A stretch of DNA of 64,000 bases from a virus, in IMG/VR virus record IMGVR_UViG_3300047376_000546. One strand, written 5' to 3'. Shown here one piece after another: positions 22,201 to 31,900 of this stretch (the stretch's first letter is position 1; each line of letters starts with the position of its first letter). The notes under the pieces are model-generated. The model was not told the origin of the DNA and ran no database searches. It was given only the letters and a program-made list of their open reading frames with translations. A program made the position numbers and the translations under genes.

Positions 22201-22379
22201 TGGATTACCGAGCAGCATACACATGGCATACAGGTACTGATACAGCAACAACATCTGCAAATAGAACATATGCAGGGATGCAATCAACGAAGTCAGATGG
22301 TAATGGAATGCGTATTTTCACTCTAGTACGTGGTGGACCAATTAGACCAGAATATTCTGATTGGACAGTAAGACTATAG
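19230..22379 (+). CDS. Virion protein, paralogue 3 of the scaffold family (1049 aa)
   Basis: TYPITYRLTCTDHG, QASVDQDDDYAWFVIQRHVD, PVHCVYS, RFVVREYDVLKPWDYH, GMQSTKSDGNGMR. Confidence 0.7.
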   Translation: MASTLTQPFASAGFSVQRTEITSVMQPTYAEYFVSDGVTRHLPLKRLPDLGLADIASVRIFVNEFNELIADNYTGDDTYPDSGDFLFSDQQTYDPGSGVIQTPNGYILFNTGKIPTSGATIKIVYFINPENYTEYEDGVLRNLALDLCLHPYKNNFTSTFENQSQTVAPLTVTGATGVGATMIAEFSDAPVGSWLVDGSASTTLVGKRIREVSGTGIATIASITDGTTITATVDVPFSQVTAGDKVYSKGEWSLIIPADEVEVQPYNLIYPYETETSTTPISIDVNGQQDHTAVMKAIRRVGNLLVVESEKATDLLSSRSDINSVSEAIPTNLNLPSPVRQRRSPQKWRIRFYYDERDDYVHVNVGTKYQLLDNGDTTRGQDRDGTKKSVFRLPGELAEIYFAPGIEGAKAKAGFFRRQGKTSSDTNNTYPITYRLTCTDHGTSLFMFDQASVDQDDDYAWFVIQRHVDNSSGKIEFEDGKSPVHCVYSPSKRPFETSEQNAGYYSSFEKNLDFATTPFQTTTVSTDLQNIYDASGRKLKPGNQIDISIITDSLPIQANEYGSGINYSGPNAQKIYNTPTGTSASTKTVALQSVSGGGYVDDQATAQRTTNITTVNSYDYITVNQYDAAYNDKLGPAMLGLEIEEVVLLDTIDNDSVHAVLVEGVDYKFEIDSVTPAVYTGSTLTTQEMVSHKMSFLHPSGNPLEIGGVVFRNTTISSTNTNPTLGPDTTPKVRVKYRWKGAGYLNKYINPYGRQGDATAQLEDAARLNVFVENVELDHARNPYEYTVNSTGDVLWPANTASFQGTSLNTYVYSLPVDSVFLRESLSEGQVLKMQLQNYAEDPEAQNLYLIEVPEDPDFPKHWTDMHREAKGIYRFVVREYDVLKPWDYHVSAVIPQVDSPAIINPVEQLSITQDKTFVFNFPTPMASQRYIYPNSEMDLICFSGADSSTEGGITNVGTATSPKYDLDGEQDSSVGGGTAGTSTLKPSDALDYRAAYTWHTGTDTATTSANRTYAGMQSTKSDGNGMRIFTLVRGGPIRPEYSDWTVRL

Positions 22380-22404
22380 TAATTATAATTTAAAAATAAA
22401 GTAG

Positions 22405-22435
22405 AAAAAAGGGGGATTTATCCCCCTTTTTATTT
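22405..22435 (+). terminator. Intrinsic (possibly bidirectional) terminator
   Basis: AAAAAA-GGGGGA-TTTA-TCCCCC-TTTTT hairpin with A-tract before and T-tract after, 25 nt after the stop of the 19230 ORF. Confidence 0.85.
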
Positions 22436-22453
22436 GTTCTCGGCAATTTAATT

Positions 22454-22461
22454 CATAAATA
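22454..22461 (+). promoter_or_regulatory. Variant late promoter box CATAAATA
   Basis: Lies just downstream of the terminator and 7 nt before the ATG at 22469. A re-initiation site would be needed here. Confidence 0.5.
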
Positions 22462-22468
22462 GTAACAA

Positions 22469-24787
22469 ATGGCAACTATTACTGAAATATTCTTTTTGCA
22501 AGATTACGTTCTTGCCGAGACAGGATTAACCTCTCCTGCCGAGGTTTCGTCTGTCGAACTGACAATATCTGGACTAGTTGCTCCCGCATCAGTGACATTT
22601 TCAACTGGTGATATTATTGTCAATGGTACAAATCAAGGAAATTCTGCTACCATATCCAATGGTGACACTTTCCAACTAAAAATATATACTCCCACTATAG
22701 ATACTCTCACGAAGTATTATTATGATGTAGACGGCACAACACTTGAATGGTGGGTTGAATTATATAATACTGATAATTCTCAAATAGAATCTTTTAGTAC
22801 TTTTTCTTCTACTGGAAATATTGCGATACCAGAAAGTAGTACTAGTCCTGTATCGGACGTTGCTATTGAAACAGAATCTGTATCTGCAACAACAACGGGC
22901 CCAGTTTCCGAATTTGAATCTGAATCGAGTAATACAACAACAAATGAAGTAGAAACGGTATCCGTTTCACCAACAGAAAAGTCTTTCGAAAAAATTGACG
23001 AAGGTTCTGACTTAGTTCAAAGTAGTGATGAAATTATACCACAAACTGTTATTGTTGCAGTAACTGATTCTGAAGTAAATGATTCTGCTCTAACAATATT
23101 ACCTTCAACTCAGCCAAAAGAAGAATCAACAAAAGCTTTATTGGCCAATGCAATTGAACAAATAGTAGAAGAAACTAAAACATCACTTATCGCCGCCGCA
23201 GAAGCGTTATCATCTAGTGGTATATCGAATGTTTCCCAAGGGGAGGCCCCAGAAGAAATTTCTGATTCAGATATTTCAGATGAAGTTCGTAGAGAGTATA
23301 TAGAACCTTTACCAAAGGAGGAATTGCAGTCTCTTTCCGAAAAACTTATTGTTGAAACAATTAAAGAACAAATTTCACTCCAAAGTTTCATAGAAGAAGT
23401 TGTAGTAGAAGCATCTAGTAATTTAAATATTGGTGATACTACTGACAACGAAGAATTGCAAAAGAGTGTAATTCAAGGTGTTCAAGAAGTAATTGAAACT
23501 ACGGTTGTACCCACAATTATCGAAAAGATCACAGAAGAATTAACACAAAAAGTTTTAACTAATTTAGATGATATAGTAGAATCTAAAGATACTCAATTTA
23601 GTGAATTAATTGAAACTGTTGCATCTACTCAGTTAAAAACTTTAGAAGAAACAACATTAAATGAATTATTGAATAAGGTATTTAGTGAAGATACTGATAA
23701 ATTAGAACTTTCAAATGTAAACTTCGAAGATTTGTCCGAAATAGAAGAATTTTTTATAAATTTCTTATTCAATGAAATAGAAGTATCCGAAGGAATTACT
23801 CTAGATATAACTGATACTACTCTATTAGAAGCAATCAATCAGTTAGATATTCAAGGGTTTGTAGAAAAAATACAACTTGCAACTTTAGATTTTGCAACTC
23901 CAGAAGATATAGAAAATATACTATCAATTATATTCACATCATTATCAGAAGATGAAGATTTCTTAAACTTTAATTTATTTGAAACTTTTGAAGAATTTGA
24001 AAAATTTGTAGTAGAAAATTCTACTAGTATATTAAATTTATCGGGAGAAGAAATTCTTGACGATGCATCAACAAATACAACTGGTTCTGAGGATGTAGTA
24101 GATGAATCTAGTACAGTTATTACTGGCGATGAACAAATACAAGACGAAGTTTCAGAAAAAAATACAGGTCAAGATGAAGTAGAAGATGAATCTACAACGT
24201 TAATTACTGGTGGTGAAACTGGAGAAGATGAATCTACAACGTTAATTACTGGTGGTGAAACTGGAGAAGATGAATCTACAACATTAGTCACTGGCGGTGA
24301 AACTGGCGAAGATGAATCTACAACATTAGTCACTGGTGGTGAAACTGGTGAAGATGAATCTACAACATTAGTCACTGGTGGTGAAACTGGCGAAGATGAA
24401 TCTACAACAACAAATACTGGTACAGATGACGGAGAAGATGAATCTACAACATTAGTCACTGGCACAGATACTGGAGAAGATGAATCTACAACAACAAATA
24501 CTGGTAGTGATACTGGAGAAGATGAATCTACAACAACAAATACTGGCAGTGAAACTGGAGAAGATGAAACTGGTATAGGTGCATCTAGTGGAGAACAACT
24601 TGGCGAAATCGGCGCAGAAATTTCTCCAGATGAAAATAATGGTGCCGCATCAAAAGGTATCATACAACTAAGAGATGGAACTGTGACATTTTATAAGTTA
24701 AACCCAGTACCATCTACTATTGAATTAAATACATTCGTGGGCCCATTTGTCGCAAGAGACAATTCCATGTGGCAGATAAGGTTATAA
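22469..24787 (+). CDS. Highly acidic 772-aa protein with N-terminal beta domain and C-terminal 14-aa tandem repeats
   Basis: The N-terminal ~90 aa (LTISGLVAPASVTFSTGDIIVNG...TISNGDTFQLKI) resemble small Ig-like domains in phage virion proteins. The rest is strongly E/D/T/S-rich. Confidence 0.65.
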   Translation: MATITEIFFLQDYVLAETGLTSPAEVSSVELTISGLVAPASVTFSTGDIIVNGTNQGNSATISNGDTFQLKIYTPTIDTLTKYYYDVDGTTLEWWVELYNTDNSQIESFSTFSSTGNIAIPESSTSPVSDVAIETESVSATTTGPVSEFESESSNTTTNEVETVSVSPTEKSFEKIDEGSDLVQSSDEIIPQTVIVAVTDSEVNDSALTILPSTQPKEESTKALLANAIEQIVEETKTSLIAAAEALSSSGISNVSQGEAPEEISDSDISDEVRREYIEPLPKEELQSLSEKLIVETIKEQISLQSFIEEVVVEASSNLNIGDTTDNEELQKSVIQGVQEVIETTVVPTIIEKITEELTQKVLTNLDDIVESKDTQFSELIETVASTQLKTLEETTLNELLNKVFSEDTDKLELSNVNFEDLSEIEEFFINFLFNEIEVSEGITLDITDTTLLEAINQLDIQGFVEKIQLATLDFATPEDIENILSIIFTSLSEDEDFLNFNLFETFEEFEKFVVENSTSILNLSGEEILDDASTNTTGSEDVVDESSTVITGDEQIQDEVSEKNTGQDEVEDESTTLITGGETGEDESTTLITGGETGEDESTTLVTGGETGEDESTTLVTGGETGEDESTTLVTGGETGEDESTTTNTGTDDGEDESTTLVTGTDTGEDESTTTNTGSDTGEDESTTTNTGSETGEDETGIGASSGEQLGEIGAEISPDENNGAASKGIIQLRDGTVTFYKLNPVPSTIELNTFVGPFVARDNSMWQIRL
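24056..24568 (+). repeat. In-frame 42-bp (14-aa) tandem repeat, consensus EDESTTLVTGGETG
   Basis: Nine well-conserved units start at 24182, 24224, 24266 ... 24518 and a partial unit starts at 24560. Three degenerate units lie upstream from 24056 (LDDASTNTTGSEDV, VDESSTVITGDEQI, QDEVSEKNTGQDEV). Confidence 0.95.
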
Positions 24788-24788
24788 T

Positions 24789-27700
24789 ATGCCACAATTT
24801 TTTACCTCCGGCGGTGTACAAACACAGATTAAAACCACTAAAAGATGGAATTATGTATTTGAGCGCGATTCATCTGTAACAATAGAATATTATAATTTAT
24901 TTCGTTATACTCAAGATGATGGACAAACTTTAGAGTATGCAAGTAATGCATATGAAACTGGTGGATCGGAATATATAGCAGAAATTTTCTCCACAAAGGT
25001 AGAAATAATTTCTACAGATGTTGTCAGTTTCAATAACATCATTGAAATAACAGATGTTGGACTTGATAGATATTCAGAAACAGGTATTATTGGTAGTATA
25101 TGGAATAACTTATCTAGACTCGATAGTATCATTACTGATAAATCCAAACTAATGGAATTAGTGACAAGTAATATCGGAACAGATTCAAAACAATTTGATC
25201 TTGGTATTAGTAGAGATATTGTTCAAAATGCAATATCAAATTATGATACAGATGACATTATTGTATCTAAACTTGGTGATATTGGAATATTCAGTAAAAA
25301 TATCATACAAAGAATACAAAATCAAGTAAAATCTGCACAACACCTACTATCAGGTGACGGTGAACATATTCTGCATGGAGAAAATTCAGAATTTGCAAGG
25401 TATAACTTAGACCAAGTAACAAAAATGGCAACTATTGCAGATAGTTATGGTGAATTTGTAGATTTAGTACACGCAGAGTTATTTACCAGAGATGAAAGTT
25501 CTCTGATAAAATCTAATGTAAAAGAAACTAATTTGTTATTCCAACAAATAGTTCCAGACAATAAGATTATTTTAGGCGCAAAAGATACAGGCGAAGTTAC
25601 TTCAAAGATAACATACTCTTCGACAACTTTAGATAAAGATTTTGAATTAAATTTATCTTATGATTTAAGTAAAGCTAAAGAGTTGCACAATTCATACGCG
25701 CACTTATATAATCAAGAACCAGATTGGATAAAGAGTCCAAGTGGTCTATTAATCACAAAACCACAGGATAAAATATTCAATGATTTACTATATTATCAAA
25801 GTCCAGATGATGTAGTTATACAAAAGAATTTATATTTTGGTTCTCCAGATATAACAAATGTTCCTATCAATAATTACTTTAAAAAGTTTAAATCTATTCA
25901 AGAACCTAAAGGTAAATTTTATGCAGAACAATCTGATTTAGTATTTAGAACTGAATTTGAAATTCGTAGTTCTCAAGATATTATTGTACCTATAAAACCA
26001 TATTATAGTCAACCAGATAAGACTTATCTATATAATTATTTTTATATTGATATAGACACAGATACTACATTTGGAATGGTGCCTCAAATTACACCACCAA
26101 CAGATATATCATATATTCCAGATTCTAATTTTGCAAAAACTACTGCAACAACCAATACAAATGGTAAAAGTTTATTTAAAAAACAATTTGGACTATTTGA
26201 GTTTAGAGGTGGTAGACAGATAATTCTGGATGCAGTCAATATTAAAAATACTGGTAAGTATTCTGTCATGGATACACAGGCTGTTATATTCTACGATCAT
26301 AATTCTGCAATGTATGGTGGTATGTATCAAGAGTATGTAGAGTCTCCATATGAATTTGTATATTCAAATAATTATATTGGAATTTCTCATTATAATCAAT
26401 TAAAACAAATTATAATACCACATTTTAAAATCGAATCAGGACACCCTAGAAATGGTGGGTCTAATGCATATGGACACGATGTTATTCCAGTGCCAAGATT
26501 AGATCCATCTACTAAATTTATTCCATTTCCAGGCTTTCTGAAAGAAAGTGATGGTAGACCTTCTGGTAGGCACGGCAGATCATTTGATCAAGAATATAGG
26601 ATAAAACAAACTGTTACAGGGGCAAACAATCCATCTAACACTCTATATGAATTTGAATATGTCGATCATGATATGGATAAAGATAGTGGGGGAATTGGAG
26701 ATGGTAAATATAACTTTACATATGAAATTATACAGGGTTCTGGGAGATTGCCAGAATGTTTGGAAATGGTAGATCAAAGATATGTTAGAGGTCGTATTGG
26801 AGAAGTCGATGAATTTCTAAGAAAATACTCTTATGAATCTTGGGTACAAGAACATGGTCATTATCCTTTAGATTATGACTATACTGATTTTGAATTATTA
26901 ACTCCTAGAATATTAAAAACAGGTGTACTAGGAATTAACTCAACAAAAGGTACATTAACATATATTTTAGAAAATCCTTTGAGTGATGTAAACCGATTTA
27001 ATGTTGGAGAGAAAGTATTTCAAGGTTCGACTCATGGCATAATTACCGATGTATTATATGAAGAATTATATCCTATAGACTTAGGAGATGGATTGGGTGA
27101 ACAACCAAGAACTATCGTAGGATTAGAGGTACAAAACGTTTTTGGTGAATTTGAAGAAATGACAAAAAATATTCAATATTCTTATAATAATTTAAATTCA
27201 TTGCAAGAAATTGATATTATAATTTCAGATAGACAGGCAGAACTAGCAAATGAGACAGACCCAACTGAAATAGAAAGACTTACAAATGAAATTGCATCAT
27301 TGCAAGCAGAAAGATCTTTAACTGGAGACTATACAATTTTGGTAGTAACGGGGTCTAATGTATCTTTTGATTTGAAAAAAATTGGTGTATTGAGAGATAA
27401 TGTTGTTGTAGAAAATATTCTATTTAGACAAGAGATTGATACTGCTCGTGGTCTTAGAAAAATAATTGATTTAGAATTTCCTGTACACAATAATTGGTCA
27501 TATGACAGAGATAGATTTTTATTTACCAGTGATGAATTACCAGAAAAATTATATTATAAAGGAGATTATTTAGACAGAATTGAATGGATAAATAAAATGA
27601 GAGAAGATGGACATTTTAGATTTGATAATTCTGAAAATAATATAGATGTTGAAACTCTGATTAATAATTTTAAATCAGAATATGAAAAAGGTGAACTTGC

Positions 27701-27908
27701 AATTTCAAAAGAAGAATATGAAAATCAACTTAAAATATATGAACAAATGAGATCGTTAGGAGACTTACCAGAGGCCATGGAATATTTGGAAGATATTTCT
27801 CCATTTAAATTAAATTGTGAAATTGATGTAAGTGAAGAAGATTTTTATAATTATTCCCAAGAAGTTAGAATAGTGAGAGGATATCCAATATATGCCAGCT
27901 GTAACTAG
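24789..27908 (+). CDS. Large hypothetical protein (1039 aa), probably structural
   Basis: Long ORF starting 1 nt after the previous stop. It has a possible putative-Ig-like segment (YEIIQGSGRLPECLEM...GRIG) and a short coiled coil (LQEIDII...IASLQAERSL). No family recognised. Confidence 0.6.
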   Translation: MPQFFTSGGVQTQIKTTKRWNYVFERDSSVTIEYYNLFRYTQDDGQTLEYASNAYETGGSEYIAEIFSTKVEIISTDVVSFNNIIEITDVGLDRYSETGIIGSIWNNLSRLDSIITDKSKLMELVTSNIGTDSKQFDLGISRDIVQNAISNYDTDDIIVSKLGDIGIFSKNIIQRIQNQVKSAQHLLSGDGEHILHGENSEFARYNLDQVTKMATIADSYGEFVDLVHAELFTRDESSLIKSNVKETNLLFQQIVPDNKIILGAKDTGEVTSKITYSSTTLDKDFELNLSYDLSKAKELHNSYAHLYNQEPDWIKSPSGLLITKPQDKIFNDLLYYQSPDDVVIQKNLYFGSPDITNVPINNYFKKFKSIQEPKGKFYAEQSDLVFRTEFEIRSSQDIIVPIKPYYSQPDKTYLYNYFYIDIDTDTTFGMVPQITPPTDISYIPDSNFAKTTATTNTNGKSLFKKQFGLFEFRGGRQIILDAVNIKNTGKYSVMDTQAVIFYDHNSAMYGGMYQEYVESPYEFVYSNNYIGISHYNQLKQIIIPHFKIESGHPRNGGSNAYGHDVIPVPRLDPSTKFIPFPGFLKESDGRPSGRHGRSFDQEYRIKQTVTGANNPSNTLYEFEYVDHDMDKDSGGIGDGKYNFTYEIIQGSGRLPECLEMVDQRYVRGRIGEVDEFLRKYSYESWVQEHGHYPLDYDYTDFELLTPRILKTGVLGINSTKGTLTYILENPLSDVNRFNVGEKVFQGSTHGIITDVLYEELYPIDLGDGLGEQPRTIVGLEVQNVFGEFEEMTKNIQYSYNNLNSLQEIDIIISDRQAELANETDPTEIERLTNEIASLQAERSLTGDYTILVVTGSNVSFDLKKIGVLRDNVVVENILFRQEIDTARGLRKIIDLEFPVHNNWSYDRDRFLFTSDELPEKLYYKGDYLDRIEWINKMREDGHFRFDNSENNIDVETLINNFKSEYEKGELAISKEEYENQLKIYEQMRSLGDLPEAMEYLEDISPFKLNCEIDVSEEDFYNYSQEVRIVRGYPIYASCN

Positions 27909-28935
27909 AAAAGATGACAACTGCACAGGACATGGATGTTTCCCACCAAGAGCGAATAATGGTGGCAGTGGTAATGTAAAAACAAATAGTAAACCCACCC
28001 ATAGAAAAGGTGATGGTTGGACACCACATGGATGCCCAAATGTACCACCACATGGTTCGTCTACTGCAGCTGGGTCTGCAACCGTATATGCAAACGGCAA
28101 GGCAGTTGCGCGAATAGGTGACCCTGTTGCGTGTGGTTCTGCTATTGCCCAAGGGAGTGGTAATGTATTTGCTGGAGATAGTGGAGAATCTTTCACCCCC
28201 CCAGAGTTCACATTTCCAGAATTTACACCATTCCCTGCCCCTAAATTAAGAGATGCGCCAGCATTATATCCTAGTAATATACAAACAGTGGATGATTCTG
28301 CAAATGCAAATCCTATTAACAACTCAGAACAAATAGAATCTACAAATGGCGAGAAACCAGAATATGAAGAATTGTCTAGTGGAATGTGTGGGGAAATGCC
28401 CCAAAGAAACCCCTATGAGGTCGCACAAAAGGCATTATCTATGGGAAATAGTGCATGGAAAGAAACTGGCAATAACCCAAACATTACTGCATTATGGGAT
28501 GAAATTGGATATCAAGGAAATCAATATGCAGATGAAACTGCTTGGTGTGCGGTCTTTGTAGGAGCAACCCTTAAAAGAAGTGGTAACAAATATCATAAAA
28601 CTGCAATGGCCCGTGGTTACGAATCATATGGTAAAGAAATACCATGGAATGAAATGCAGCCTGGCGATATAGTTGTAATGTTTAGAAATGGTAGGAGTTC
28701 TGGTAGTGGACATGTTGGGTTTGCGACAGGAAATTATACAAATAATACAGTTGATATGATAGGTGGAAATCAGGGTAACACTTTATCTGTAAGAACATAT
28801 AAGAGAAATAGTGGGTCTAGAGGTGTGTTAACCATTCGACGTGCAGTATCTTGTGAAGATGGAAAAACTCTTGCGCCGCAAGTAGGACAAGTAAATGCAC
28901 CAAAGTCCTCTGGGGTTGGTGGTCAAGTTACATAA
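27892..28935 (+). CDS. PAAR spike-tip domain fused to a TIGR02594/CHAP-like Cys-His peptidoglycan hydrolase domain
   Basis: The N-terminal 95 aa are a gp5.4-type PAAR domain (CTGHGCFPP, HRKGD, H...H, VARIGDPVACGS). The C-terminal domain has ETAWCAVFVG, PGDIVV, GHVGF and IGGNQGN. Confidence 0.85.
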   Translation: MPAVTRKDDNCTGHGCFPPRANNGGSGNVKTNSKPTHRKGDGWTPHGCPNVPPHGSSTAAGSATVYANGKAVARIGDPVACGSAIAQGSGNVFAGDSGESFTPPEFTFPEFTPFPAPKLRDAPALYPSNIQTVDDSANANPINNSEQIESTNGEKPEYEELSSGMCGEMPQRNPYEVAQKALSMGNSAWKETGNNPNITALWDEIGYQGNQYADETAWCAVFVGATLKRSGNKYHKTAMARGYESYGKEIPWNEMQPGDIVVMFRNGRSSGSGHVGFATGNYTNNTVDMIGGNQGNTLSVRTYKRNSGSRGVLTIRRAVSCEDGKTLAPQVGQVNAPKSSGVGGQVT

Positions 28936-28938
28936 ATA
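28931..28938 (+). promoter_or_regulatory. Variant late promoter box CATAAATA
   Basis: Overlaps the PAAR gene stop. It is followed by an AAGGAG ribosome-binding site and the ATG at 28954. Confidence 0.4.
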
Positions 28939-28953
28939 GTTATAAAGGAGCGC

Positions 28954-31900
28954 ATGGTGGCATTCGATACAGTAAGACCTATCAAGGCAATATTCCAAAA
29001 TGATGGAGAAGTAATTCTTGGTGAATTTACTGATCAAGATCTTATTGGCATTGATATGGGTGGTACTGGCGCATCCAATTCTGCGACAGCACGTAGTAAT
29101 TTACAATTAATACATTATAGAGAATTTCCCACTTTTAGTGATTTTGATACTTTACCAGAATCTGGAAAACTTGCAAAAAACAGTGCAGATGGAAAGTTAT
29201 ACTACTCACATCAAAATGCTTGGTTACAGATTGGACAATCTCAATTAGTTTCTGGTACTGATAATTCTGGAGTATTTGTAGATGAAACCGAAGTAGAAAA
29301 ATTTATATTTACTGGAAGAATTGTATATTCATATGATGGGCCTACAAAAACTGCAACTCTTACAGTAGATGTAGATGATATTGAAGATAGATTAGATATT
29401 CTCGAAGATGACGATCAAACAAGTGGTTCTGTTAGATATTTAATCAAACAAAGATTTGATCAATTACTTGATGGAGTAATTCCAGAACTTGACACACTGA
29501 AAGAGATTGCAGATTCTTTAGGAGACACTTTAGATTTTAGAAATGATTTTGATAATCATGTTTTAGACTTTAATCAATTAGATACAGATTTTACAACATT
29601 CAAACAAGATATAACTAATTTTGATAATGTGGATTTAACAACTAATGCACCAATACAAGGTGATGCAATTATTTGGGATCCAACAACTTCAAAATGGATT
29701 CCTGGCGCATCATTTAATAGTTCGGATTTTGAAGCGGCATTTCAGACCAAAACGGCAGCAGATTTAGACGTTGGAAATGCATCTGATGGCAGTTTTAGTG
29801 ATGGTGCATTGGTAATCGAATCTGATAGAAAAACTGCGGATGTGATTGATGATTTAAATGAAGCTCTTGACAACATAAGAAAAGGTGTATATGTTAAGTC
29901 AGTTTCATTTTCTGCAAATCCCACTTTCGGTGGACAAGGTACATATGTCACATTAAATTTGACAGTTGATGGTACTGCAAATAGATATGATATTGATTGG
30001 GGGGATGGGTCTAATACAAATAACACCACAGACTCTACTCCAAGTCACACATATACATCAAATGCAAATAGTCCATATACAGTAACTGTTCGTGCATATA
30101 ATTCAAGTGGTTCTGGTGCTGGTAGTGAAGCTTCATCAACAATAGAAGATTATATTATTATCTATACAACAGATCCAGCGGCCGCGTTTAGACTTTATAG
30201 AAATGCAACAGGGGGGTCTGAACTGTCTGGTAATAATTTATATGTAATCGAAGGCGACAGTTTATACTTAGAAAATATATCAACCCAGACTACTATGGCA
30301 GATGTAGAATATACAATGGATTGGGGCGATGGTACTGCAGTTGAAAATATCACTTCAGATAATGCAGATGGTGGGGTAACTGGTAATAGATTACAACATA
30401 CTTGGGGATTTGGTACACACACTGGCTCTGGGCGAGACACTTTAAGATTAACTCTTTCAAGTCACAGTACAGCAAACCCTAATGTAATTCCAAAACAAAC
30501 AACAAAGTCATTAAAGGTATATGATATTAATCCATCTGCGCCGCAAGGACTAAGTTCTAAAAGTATTTCATTTAGTGGTAATACTGGATCTTCCCCACTA
30601 CTTGCGAGTGGTTTCACTGACAATACAACAGGTACTACTTATAGTATAGGTTCTTCTGTACAAAGAACAACATCTACAAGTGGAAATATTTCATCAACTT
30701 CAATATCATCATTTGCATATAATGCGGATAGTGGTACATTAACTGCACTCGTTAACGGCGTAGACAACGGAAATAAAGTATTGGATTCTAATAATAATAC
30801 TGGCACATATACTAGTCTAAAAATTGATAGTGAAAGTGATTATAATGGATTAAACTCTAGTGGTAGTTACAGTAATTTTAATAATAGTATATATTATCCA
30901 AATTTATATAAAGGATTTAAGGCAAAAATTCAAAAATCTGCAGCTGCAGTGCCTGTAGGAGTAAATAGATATCAACTTTCGCACAGTGGAACAGGAAACA
31001 CTAACTCAATAGAGTTTGTTAAAGATAATCTAACGTCTACTCCAACTCTGACTGCTGGAACTATTTCAGAAAAAACTGGATTTTACAAATATATAAGTGG
31101 AATTCCTTATTATACATACAATTCTAAATTAACTTGGAGTGGTATTTCGGTATCTAATTTGGTCGGTCAAACATACAGAAATACATCACAAGTGCTATAT
31201 GTGACTGGCAGTAACAATTATGAAGGCACGTCAAGTCAATCTATTAATAACAAGAGTTTTAATTATTCTGCAATAGATGGCACAACAACCATGTTGCAAA
31301 GTGGATATCCATTAGTAAATACTGGTGTTGGTACTCCATATGCAATTGGGGATTTAGAAATTGATATAACAAATTCTGGAGTTAGAACAATTGAATCTAT
31401 ACGTGCAGTTGCATACAACGTAAATGGTACAGGTAGTTATGTAAATAATAATCAAAAAATTGCAGTCCACACATCATCACAATCTGGTATTAGTGAGCTT
31501 TCTATTCCTGTAAGTTCAAGTTTAGGGTCTGGTTATAACGATAGTGGAAAAAGAATTTTTGATTTTGCATCAGAGATTACTGATACTCCTACATATAATA
31601 ATACGATCAATTTTTATACAAACAATCTTTACTCTGAAAGTTCAGACCCAGGCGTATCTGGTACACAAGAGGCAACAGTTCGACTTGGTGTATTGAAACA
31701 TAGTCTGGATGATTATAGTGGATTTTTACCAGTTGGCCCAGATCGAAGTGGTGATTCGGGTGTTCAATATTTTACTTTTGCGTTTAGGAGAACTATCACT
31801 GCAAACTTTAATATTAATATAAGTAGTAGTGGTGTTTCTGGTGTTTGGATTGCAGCGCCGGGCACTACAATTGACACTGCAAGTAGTTTAAATGGTTGGT

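Noticed and set aside
24182-24568. Regular direct repeats resembling a CRISPR array
   Set aside because: The units are contiguous 42-bp in-frame coding repeats with no unique spacers, and no cas genes or leader are present.
27810-28322. 170-aa minus-strand ORF and 95-aa alternative-frame ORF over the PAAR gene
   Set aside because: These are shadow ORFs of a clearly recognisable + strand gene, with no ribosome-binding site or family motif.
27892-28935. PAAR-effector gene as part of a bacterial type VI secretion locus
   Set aside because: The context is entirely phage (portal, terminase, capsid, T4 late promoters), with no TssB/C/J/L/M, ClpV or immunity gene.
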